32,000 bases of DNA from Akkermansia muciniphila ATCC BAA-835. GTDB lineage: Bacteria; Verrucomicrobiota; Verrucomicrobiia; Verrucomicrobiales; Akkermansiaceae. Both the position numbers and the translations under genes were made by a program. The stretch lies in contig NC_010655.1 in the NCBI RefSeq assembly GCF_000020225.1, positions 1,560,001-1,592,000 on the forward strand. Direction: 5' to 3'. Of the stretch, positions 25,701 to 32,000 are shown in pieces (position 1 is the stretch's first letter; each line of letters starts with the position of its first letter). The notes below the pieces were generated by a model. It worked only from the letters and a program-made list of their open reading frames with translations, searched no databases and had not been told where the DNA came from.

Positions 25701-25902
25701 GGCGTCTTTTTTGGTGTGTTGCGTCTTCCGTTTCCGTCCGGCGGGGCCGTTCATGGCGGAAGACGGGGTAGTGATACCCTTCCGCCCCCATGGTGAGGAA
25801 GAGAATCCTGGTTAAGAAATCGTCACAAACCCGGAGTAGCCAGGGAGCCCTGTTTTTGGGATACCATGCGTCCAGAGGCGCAGGACGCGCCATTAGAAGA
25901 AC
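25701..25902. promoter_or_regulatory. Divergent control region between pstS and the second pstB
   Basis: 202-bp gap between divergent starts. It contains a compound hairpin at 25755-25786: GGCGGAA/TTCCGCC enclosing GGGTA-GTGA-TACCC. I could not recognise an E. coli-type Pho box. Confidence 0.4.
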
Positions 25903-26685
25903 ATGACTCCGCATCCAGCAGCAGCCGACCAGACCGCCGTAGAGGTGGATTCCCTGGATTTTTGTTATGGGAGCAAGCAATCCCTGTTCAACGTCACCAT
26001 GAAAGTCCCCAGGAACAGGGTGACGGCGTTCATCGGCCCTTCCGGGTGCGGGAAGTCCACGCTGCTGCGCTGTATCAACCGGATGAATGACCGTATTCCG
26101 GAGGCGCGCGTTACGGGAGGCTCCATCCGCATTGATGGGGTGGACGTGACTTCTCCTTCCCTGGATACCATTCGTCTGCGCCGGGAGGTGGGCATGGTTT
26201 TCCAGAAGTCCAACCCTTTCCCGATGAGCATTTATGAGAATGTAGCCTACGGATTGAAGCTGGCGGGGGTAAGAAACCGCGGCATTCTGGACGAGGCTGT
26301 GGAGGAAAGCCTGCGGCATGCCGCTCTTTGGGATGAGGTAAAGGACCGTCTCCATGCTTCCGCCAATGGTCTTTCCGGCGGCCAGCAGCAGCGGCTGTGT
26401 ATTGCCCGTTCCATTGCCGTGAAGCCGCGCATCCTGCTGATGGACGAACCCTGTTCCGCCCTGGACCCCATTGCGACAGTGAGGGTGGAAGAGCTGATGC
26501 ACCGTCTCAAGGACAAGTTTACCATCATTGTGGTCACCCATAATATGCAACAGGCTACGCGCGTTTCGGACCTGACCGGTTTTTTCATGTTGGGAAGGCT
26601 GGTGGAATTTGATGCTACGGAAAAGATTTTTTCCAATCCCTCCCTGAAAGAAACGGAGGATTATATTACGGGAAGATTCAGTTAA
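25903..26685 (+). CDS. pstB: Phosphate ABC transporter ATP-binding protein (copy 2)
   Basis: 260 aa, collinear with copy 1 over the full length (same Walker and signature motifs, same 'YITGRFS' end). The sequence is clearly diverged, so it is not a recent duplicate. Confidence 0.95.
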   Translation: MTPHPAAADQTAVEVDSLDFCYGSKQSLFNVTMKVPRNRVTAFIGPSGCGKSTLLRCINRMNDRIPEARVTGGSIRIDGVDVTSPSLDTIRLRREVGMVFQKSNPFPMSIYENVAYGLKLAGVRNRGILDEAVEESLRHAALWDEVKDRLHASANGLSGGQQQRLCIARSIAVKPRILLMDEPCSALDPIATVRVEELMHRLKDKFTIIVVTHNMQQATRVSDLTGFFMLGRLVEFDATEKIFSNPSLKETEDYITGRFS

Positions 26686-26870
26686 CAGAGAGACGATTAT
26701 GCTTTTTCCAAAGAATATTTCCAAAAATGGAACCGGGCGTGTTCCCCATGTTCCCGGCTCTGGACGAAGGCTGGCTGCCAGCGCCGCCAGAAAGAACAGC
26801 CTGCGCAGGCAGCATCTTTTTTATCATGCCGGCAAAACCTTATCCAATCATCAAGCCAATATTCCGAATC

Positions 26871-27518
26871 ATGAATCACGACGCGCACACCCTGAGGGAG
26901 TTTGACGCCGCCCTTTCCTCCCTGAATACGCATTTGCTCCAGATGGCCTATAAGGCGCAGAGCGCCCTTGATTTGGCCGCCGCCGGCCTTTTGCAGCAGA
27001 ATGAGTCTTCCGCCAACCGGGTTATTGCTGATGACGAAGAATTGGACGAGCTGGAAATGACGGTGGACAGGGAAGGGCTGCATCTGCTGGCTTTTTTCAG
27101 TCCGGTGGCTTCCGACCTCAAAGTGGTGCTGGCTTCCCTGCGCATGTCCTCCATGTATGAACGGATTGGTGATGAGGCCGTGACCATCGCCAAAAGGGCC
27201 AACAGGCTGAATAAGCGCCCGCGCATCCGGGAGGCTGCCTTGGCGGATCCTGTCTATCGGGAAATGGCGGAGCGGTTCAGGGCTGTGAATAAGGCTGTTT
27301 CCTCCTGGGACGGGGAGGCTCTGGCGGAGCTTGTCCCTGCGCTGGAGGATTTGGCGGAGCATGCGGCGTCCCTGACGGAGGCATTTGCCTGCTTGCCTGA
27401 GCAATATCAGGACAATCTGGTTTCCGTTGCGGATCTGGTTTTTGTAAGCCGTTCCCTGGAACGCATCGCGGAAGGGCTCCAAAAGGTAGCTGCGGAAGGG
27501 CTTTACGCGGCCTCCTGA
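26871..27518 (+). CDS. phoU: PhoU family protein (copy 2)
   Basis: I trimmed the track ORF (26727-27518) to the ATG at 26871. 'MNHDAHTLREFDAALSSLNTHLL' aligns with the copy-1 N-terminus 'NHILPHYDAALNAIRLRV'. PhoU repeats: 'YERIGDEAVTIAKRA' and 'RSLERIAEGL'. The ATG at 26826 is an alternative start. Confidence 0.8.
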   Translation: MNHDAHTLREFDAALSSLNTHLLQMAYKAQSALDLAAAGLLQQNESSANRVIADDEELDELEMTVDREGLHLLAFFSPVASDLKVVLASLRMSSMYERIGDEAVTIAKRANRLNKRPRIREAALADPVYREMAERFRAVNKAVSSWDGEALAELVPALEDLAEHAASLTEAFACLPEQYQDNLVSVADLVFVSRSLERIAEGLQKVAAEGLYAAS

Positions 27519-27548
27519 TGCCGCGTGCCTGCACAGGAAAGCCCGTTG

Positions 27549-27574
27549 CGGGCGTTGTCGAAGCGCCGTTTTTT
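27549..27574 (+). terminator. Weak intrinsic-terminator candidate after phoU copy 2
   Basis: Short GC stem CGG(G)CG/CGCCG with a 9-nt loop, followed by TTTTTTGTT. It lies between convergent phoU2 and galM. A second small hairpin, GCCCG-TTG-CGGGC, sits just upstream. Confidence 0.3.
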
Positions 27575-27602
27575 GTTCGGAAACGGGATTCAGGCATGCC
27601 GC

Positions 27603-28562
27603 CTATCTGACAGTCCAGGTAATGCTGCGCGTGGAGGATTGGCCGGGACGCAGAATGACGCTGGGGAAGTGGGGGGTATTGACGGCATTGGGGAAGCCCT
27701 GGGCTTCCAGCGCTATTCCCTGGCGCGCCTGGGGCAGGTATTCCCCGGTATATACCTGGAGGCCGGGAGCATCCGTCGCCACAATCAGGCGGTGCCGGGA
27801 TTCCGGATCAAGAAGGATGGCGGCGATTTTGTCGCCCGGTTCGGAATCCAGCACGTAGTTGTGGTCCAGTCCGGCGGCGGTGTCCGGGTGGGCGGCGGAG
27901 TTGCGTTCCCCCAGCAGGGCTGCTTTCCGCAGGTCAAAGTCCGTTCCTTCCACGGGAAGAATACGGCCGTCGGGGATATTGGTCGCATCCACCGGAGTAT
28001 AGGCGGAGGCCCGTATCTCCAGGGTCATGGAATCAATGGTGGGTTTGCCGGACAGGTTCCAGTAAGCGTGGTTGGTGAGGTTGACGATTGTGGCTGCGTC
28101 CGCATACGCTTCCAGGCGGAGATGAAGGGTTTCTTCCACCACGGTGTAGGTGGCTACCACTTCCAGGTTGCCGGGGTAATTTTCCTCACCGTCTGCGGAG
28201 TGCAGGGTCAGCACCAGCGTATTGCGCCCGGCTTCCTGCACCTGCCAGACTTTGCTGTCGAACCCCTGGATGCCGCCGTGCAGGTGGTTGGGGCCGTTGT
28301 TGACGGCCACGGTGCGGGAATCCCCGTCAATGGAGAACCTGCCTTTTGCGATGCGATTCGCGACACGGCCGCAAATCGCACCGCAATAACAGGTGTCTTT
28401 CAGCATGTCTTCAAAGTGCTTGGGCCCTACGATCATGTCCATGCCGTCCTTGACGACGGAGATGATGCGCCCCCCGTAGTTGCTGATGCGTACCGTCAGC
28501 TTGTCGGAAGACAGTTCAAACAATTCTACAGGTGCGCCGCCGGGTAAGGTGCCGAAGATCAT
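27603..28562 (-). CDS. galM: Aldose 1-epimerase (galactose mutarotase)
   Basis: 319 aa. 'GRVANRIAKGRFSIDG....NNGPNHLHGG..GF', 'NLTNHAYWNL' and 'GIALEAQGFPNAVN' are mutarotase signatures. Confidence 0.9.
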   Translation of the reverse strand: MIFGTLPGGAPVELFELSSDKLTVRISNYGGRIISVVKDGMDMIVGPKHFEDMLKDTCYCGAICGRVANRIAKGRFSIDGDSRTVAVNNGPNHLHGGIQGFDSKVWQVQEAGRNTLVLTLHSADGEENYPGNLEVVATYTVVEETLHLRLEAYADAATIVNLTNHAYWNLSGKPTIDSMTLEIRASAYTPVDATNIPDGRILPVEGTDFDLRKAALLGERNSAAHPDTAAGLDHNYVLDSEPGDKIAAILLDPESRHRLIVATDAPGLQVYTGEYLPQARQGIALEAQGFPNAVNTPHFPSVILRPGQSSTRSITWTVR

Positions 28563-28597
28563 GCCGGTATATAGCTTGGTCAGTAGTGGATGTCCAA

Positions 28598-29077
28598 TTA
28601 ATAGGCCAGCACGCGGGAACCGTTGTTGCCGATGATCACGCGCACGCGCTGCCCGACCTGAATCGGGTTGTTCCTGCTGGCGACCTGGACGACCGTGTAG
28701 TTGCGGGTGCCGTTCCTCTTCTGGTCCAGACGCACGGTGATGCGTTCCCCGGTCGTGTTGTTGACGGCCTTGTCAATCTGGTTGCCGGCAATGCCGCCCA
28801 GAATGGCGCCGCCCGCCGCCGTCGCGAATTTGGCGTTGCCGCCCCCGAACATGGCGCCGGTCAACCCGCCCGCCACGGCGCCGATTCCGGTGCCGGTGTT
28901 GGCGTTATTGGCCTGGATCTTGACGTTTTCCACGCTGGTGACCGTGCCGGTATAGGTTTCCTGGGCTCCGCCGATTTCGTTCAGGTTATAGGTGTTCGGG
29001 GAACCGAAGTTGGTGCAGGAAGTAATGGACAGCGCCATGGCTGCACAGCCGATGGTAAGAATGGAAGCTGTTTTCAT
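28598..29077 (-). CDS. Glycine-zipper outer-membrane lipoprotein (SlyB/Pcp-like)
   Basis: 159 aa. Signal peptide plus lipobox 'LSITSC'. Glycine-zipper 'GIGAVAGGLTGAMFGGGNAKFATAAGGAILGGIAGNQI'. The C-terminal region is SlyB-like. Confidence 0.75.
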   Translation of the reverse strand: MKTASILTIGCAAMALSITSCTNFGSPNTYNLNEIGGAQETYTGTVTSVENVKIQANNANTGTGIGAVAGGLTGAMFGGGNAKFATAAGGAILGGIAGNQIDKAVNNTTGERITVRLDQKRNGTRNYTVVQVASRNNPIQVGQRVRVIIGNNGSRVLAY

Positions 29078-29167
29078 GATGACGATTTATAAAATGGGTT
29101 GAAGGTTAAGATCAAGTAATTTCGCAGTCAACGGAAGGGGCGCGGCTGCCCTCTTCCGGCGGAGAAA

Positions 29168-29195
29168 ACCCTTGCCGGAAGGTTCCGGCAAGGGT
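29168..29195 (-). terminator. Strong stem-loop terminator downstream of the Cys-rich mini-gene (usable on both strands)
   Basis: ACCCTTGCCGGAA (29168-29180) pairs perfectly with TTCCGGCAAGGGT (29183-29195). On the minus strand it is followed by TTTTCTCC, and on the plus strand by TCTTATTTATTTT. A second 10-bp bulged hairpin lies at 29132-29158. Confidence 0.6.
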
Positions 29196-29222
29196 TCTTA
29201 TTTATTTTAACGGTCCGTTGGG

Positions 29223-29465
29223 TCAGGCCTTGGGGGCTTCTCCCTTTTTGGGGCAGTCGCAGGGCTTTTCCCCTTTGCTGCAAGGCTGGCCGCATTTTTC
29301 TGGGCATTTGCCTTCCTTGGCGCATTTCCTGGGGCACTTTTTGTCTTTCTTGCAGCACTTCTGGGCAGCGGGGGCGGGGGACTCCGCCGGAGCGGCGGCT
29401 TCCTGAGCGTAACCGTTGACACTGAAGGCGAAAGCAAAGGCTGCTACAGCGAGGATTTTTTTCAT
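29223..29465 (-). CDS. Secreted Cys/Lys-rich mini-protein (metallothionein-like composition)
   Basis: 80 aa. Clear Sec signal 'MKKILAVAAFAFAFSVNGYA'. The mature ~58 aa has an Ala/Pro-rich linker, then 9 Cys among Lys/Pro ('KCCKKDKKCPRKCAKEGKCPEKCGQPCSKGEKPCDCPKKG'). A strong terminator follows. This is the only frame of three overlapping ORFs with a signal peptide. Confidence 0.6.
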   Translation of the reverse strand: MKKILAVAAFAFAFSVNGYAQEAAAPAESPAPAAQKCCKKDKKCPRKCAKEGKCPEKCGQPCSKGEKPCDCPKKGEAPKA

Positions 29466-29704
29466 ATAATGATATGTGAGGTTGTGTGGTGTTGGTAATG
29501 CAGCGGCAGAAGAGCTGCCGTTCTACGACAGATAGAGCGGCAGGGAGTGATATTTGTTCAAAAAAATGCGCGGAGAGGATTCTTTTTAGGGCGGTTTTTT
29601 TTGATGAGGACGCGCTTTTAGCCTCCGGGGTAAGTTTGACAGTCCGGGGGCACGTACGGAGCGCCGGCTTGCATGGGGCGCCTTCTTGAGGCACGGTAGG
29701 GAAC

Positions 29705-32000
29705 ATGAGTTCAGCCAAGGAACCTGTGACGCGCCGTTTTGGAAATGGTTTGACGGTTTTGATTAAGGAGGACAAGTCTCATCCCGTAGTGTCCCTCCAG
29801 TACTGGGTAGGCACGGGGTCCATGAATGAGGGGCACTGGCAGGGGAGCGGACTTTCCCATTTGCTGGAGCATCTGGTGTTTAAGGGAACGGCGCATTTCT
29901 CCGGGCAGGAACTGGCCCGCAAGGTGCAGGAACGCGGCGGCCACTGGAATGCGTACACCAGCGTGAACCGCACCGTGTACTATATAGACGGCCCTGCGGA
30001 GTCCTGGCAGATTTTCCTGAATCTTCTGACGGAGCTTGTATTTTTCCCCACGTTCCCGGAAGACGAGATGGAGCGGGAGAAGGAGGTCGTGCGCCGGGAG
30101 ATGGCCATGTATGCGGATGATCCCGATTCCGTGGCCTACCAGCTTCTGATGCAGACGCTGTATCTCAAGCATCCCCGCCGCTGGCCCGTTCTGGGTGAGC
30201 GCGCCGCCTTTGACTGCCTGACGCGGCAGGACGTGCTGGATTACCATGCCAGCCGTTATGTTCCGAACAACGTGGTTCTTTCCATCGCGGGGGACGTGGA
30301 TGCCGCGGAGATTCTTTCCCATCTGGAATTGCTGGTGGAAGACCTGAAATCCCGTCCCCTGAACCGGGAACCCATTCCCCATGAACCTCACCAGTTCGGT
30401 TCCCGCAGGGTGCGGAAGGAGTTTGCCGTGCCTTACTCCAAGCTGCACCTTGCCTGGCGCCTGCCCTGTTCCGCCCATCCGGATACGCCAGCCCTTTCCG
30501 CTCTGTCCAGCATTCTGGGAGGCGGACGTTCCGCCCGTTTTTATGAAAAATTCCATGACCGCCTGGGCCTGGTGTACAGCATTGAGGTGCATTCCAACCA
30601 GTCTGAGACGGATGAAGGGGCGTTTACCATCAGCATGGACGTGGACCGCGCCCAGCGCGACAAGGTGCGGGACCTGGTACTTCAGGAGCTTCGCAATCTG
30701 GCGGAAGAGGATTTTACGGAGGACCTGAAGAGAGTCTGCAAACAGACCCGGGTCAGTCGCCTGCGCCGCAGGAGTTCCGCTTCCGGGGTGGCCTCGGAAA
30801 TGGGGGCGGATTGGTTCGGCTCGCGCAATTTGAACCTGTCTTCCGAATGGCAGGAAGCTATTGAACGGGTGACTACGGAAGATTTGCACCGCGTTTGTTC
30901 CACCTGGCTGTCTTCCCCGAATGTGACGGAAGTCAGCCTGGACCCCCCGGGCAGCAACGCCGGGGATGAAGAAAGGGCCTCCGCCTCTGCGGGAACGGCC
31001 CTGAGCGAGCATGTTCTTGGCAACGGCATGAAGGTGGTGATCCGTGAAGACCATCGCCTGCCGCTGGCCTATGCCTGCATGGCGTTCAAGGCCGGATGCC
31101 GTGCGGAGAATGAGCATGACGCCGGGGTGACGGACTTGATGTCCGAGTGCCTGCTGAAAGGAACCTCCACCCGTTCCGCGGCGGATATAGCCCGTTTTCT
31201 GGAGGACATCGGGGGAGCCATCAACACGTCCACCGGTAACAATTCCCTGAGCGTGGGATGTCAGGTTCTGGCGGAAGACCTGGACGCCGGATTGGAGCTG
31301 ATGGCGGATGTGGTCATGAATCCGTCTTTCCCGGAAGACGCCTTTCTGAGGGAAAAGGAATCTTTTGTGGCGGATGCGGAGGAGGATATGGAAGACCCTC
31401 TTTCCGTGGCGTTCCGGCAGGAGCGGAAGGTGGCTTACGGGCATGTTTCCTATGGAAATTCCCCTTCCGGCACGCCGGAAAGCCTGTCTTCACTGACGGT
31501 TCAGGACATCAAAAAACAGTATGAACGCATTATCTGCGCTTCCAACGCCGTGATTTGCATTTCCGGAGATGTCAGGAAGGATGAGGTCCTGCCTCTTCTG
31601 GAAAAACATCTGGGAGGCATGAGGGCGGGAACGCCTCCGGCCCTGATTCCCACGCCCGCGCTGCGGGCCGGCCGGGAAGTGGCCGTGCTGGATAAACAGC
31701 AGGCCGTGCTGGTAGTGGGGGTGCCGGGCGTGGACGTGGCTTCCCCGGAGATGGCCCAGGCTCTGCTGTTCCAGTCCTGGTGCAGTGATATGGCCGGTCC
31801 CGTTTTCACCAATATCCGGGAGGAGGCCGGACTGGCCTATTATGCCAGTTCTTCCCTGTTCATCGGCATGGATGCCGGAGGCATCTGCTTCTATCTGGGC
31901 ACTTCCCCGGAACAATTGGAGGAAGCCGGGCGGAGGCTGGAAAAAACACTGGAGATGATTGATGAACAGGGCATGACGGAGGAGGAGCTGGAACGCACCA
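29705..32000 (+). CDS. Fused double M16 (pitrilysin/insulinase family) zinc peptidase, 3'-partial at the window edge
   Basis: This ORF is not in the supplied track because it has no stop in the window. I translated it by hand from the ATG at 29705: 'MSSAKEPVTRRFGNGLTVLIKEDKSHPVVSLQYWVGTGSMNEG...SHLLEHLVFKGT' with HxxEH at 29858-29872. A second M16 unit begins near 31010 ('LGNGMKVVIREDHRLPLA'), where the zinc motif is degenerate ('TDLMSECLLKGT'). The hand-translated stretches (29705-30000, 30002-31030, 31442-32000) contain no stop, and I read the frame as open to nt 32000. Confidence 0.85.
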   Translation, partial: MSSAKEPVTRRFGNGLTVLIKEDKSHPVVSLQYWVGTGSMNEGHWQGSGLSHLLEHLVFKGTAHFSGQELARKVQERGGHWNAYTSVNRTVYYIDGPAESWQIFLNLLTELVFFPTFPEDEMEREKEVVRREMAMYADDPDSVAYQLLMQTLYLKHPRRWPVLGERAAFDCLTRQDVLDYHASRYVPNNVVLSIAGDVDAAEILSHLELLVEDLKSRPLNREPIPHEPHQFGSRRVRKEFAVPYSKLHLAWRLPCSAHPDTPALSALSSILGGGRSARFYEKFHDRLGLVYSIEVHSNQSETDEGAFTISMDVDRAQRDKVRDLVLQELRNLAEEDFTEDLKRVCKQTRVSRLRRRSSASGVASEMGADWFGSRNLNLSSEWQEAIERVTTEDLHRVCSTWLSSPNVTEVSLDPPGSNAGDEERASASAGTALSEHVLGNGMKVVIREDHRLPLAYACMAFKAGCRAENEHDAGVTDLMSECLLKGTSTRSAADIARFLEDIGGAINTSTGNNSLSVGCQVLAEDLDAGLELMADVVMNPSFPEDAFLREKESFVADAEEDMEDPLSVAFRQERKVAYGHVSYGNSPSGTPESLSSLTVQDIKKQYERIICASNAVICISGDVRKDEVLPLLEKHLGGMRAGTPPALIPTPALRAGREVAVLDKQQAVLVVGVPGVDVASPEMAQALLFQSWCSDMAGPVFTNIREEAGLAYYASSSLFIGMDAGGICFYLGTSPEQLEEAGRRLEKTLEMIDEQGMTEEELERT

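Noticed and set aside
25701-25902. I looked for PhoB-type Pho boxes (tandem CTGTCAT-like direct repeats spaced ~11 bp) in the divergent pst promoter region.
   Set aside because: Only a single 'TCGTCACA' and some short GTC-containing repeats near the pstS start were seen. Nothing was convincingly periodic, and the consensus for this phylum is unknown to me.
20494-28547. Long plus/minus shadow ORFs across the pst/galM region (20494-21774 +, 21935-22741 +, 23930-24754 +, 24603-25796 +, 25621-26724 -, 26697-27482 -, 27525-28547 +).
   Set aside because: Each lies opposite a confidently identified pst, phoU or galM gene and translates to G/R/H/D-rich low-complexity sequence.
29128-29775. Alternative overlapping ORFs around the Cys-rich gene (29128-29775 -, 29207-29437 -, 29218-29406 +).
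   Set aside because: They are products of the repetitive AAG/GCC-rich sequence. None has a signal peptide or sensible start context. The 215-aa ORF spans two strong hairpins and the divergent promoter region.
29711-31444. 577-aa minus-strand ORF, the only long ORF the track offers in this region.
   Set aside because: It is antisense to the hand-translated M16 peptidase frame, which has HxxEH and typical M16 blocks and remains open to the window end. The minus-strand product has no recognisable features.
1-32000. I scanned for CRISPR repeats, tRNA/rRNA genes, IS elements, integrases, toxin-antitoxin pairs and known defence-system genes.
   Set aside because: I noticed no periodic repeat arrays, no tRNA-like T-arm motifs in the intergenic regions, and no transposase, integrase, nuclease or helicase-type ORFs. 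All sizeable ORFs are accounted for by metabolic or transport genes.

Overview
This is a densely coding, high-GC chromosomal window that reads like a PVC/Verrucomicrobiota genome. It is probably Akkermansia-like, but that is an impression from protein style and composition, not a search result.

Gene content, left to right:
- (i) A translationally coupled LUD-domain protein plus a U32 'peptidase' carrying a complete Fe-S cysteine motif.
- (ii) A tight three-gene plus-strand operon of unknown function. It encodes a 1197-aa exported protein (propeller, two CxxCH motifs, cysteine-less FGE/SUMF1-like domain), a lipoprotein (beta-propeller fused to a di-haem peroxidase-like domain with three CxxCH motifs), and a cytoplasmic FkbO/Hyg5-type chorismatase-like protein.
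- (iii) A roughly 9.4 kb stretch of clearly lower GC holding one eight-gene minus-strand operon for assimilatory sulfate reduction: cysK-cysH-cysD-cysN, a NitT/TauT-type ABC importer, then cysI.
- (iv) A phosphate-uptake locus with mirror-image architecture: phoU-pstB-pstA-pstC-pstS on the minus strand, diverging from a second pstB-phoU pair on the plus strand. PstC and PstA are unusually long.
- (v) galM, a SlyB-like glycine-zipper lipoprotein, an 80-aa secreted Cys/Lys-rich mini-protein, and a fused double M16 metallopeptidase that runs off the right edge. The ORF track omits this last gene because it has no stop codon in the window.

I saw no tRNA, rRNA, CRISPR array, transposase or integrase.

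The most interesting candidate for undescribed biology is the 2374-8986 operon. Its first two genes mimic the alpha / beta-gamma architecture of hydrazine synthase. Secondary candidates are the compositionally foreign sulfate-assimilation island (with a dead APS-kinase domain on CysN), the mirrored pst locus and the secreted metallothionein-like peptide.

All family assignments come from motif recognition by eye. No searches were run.
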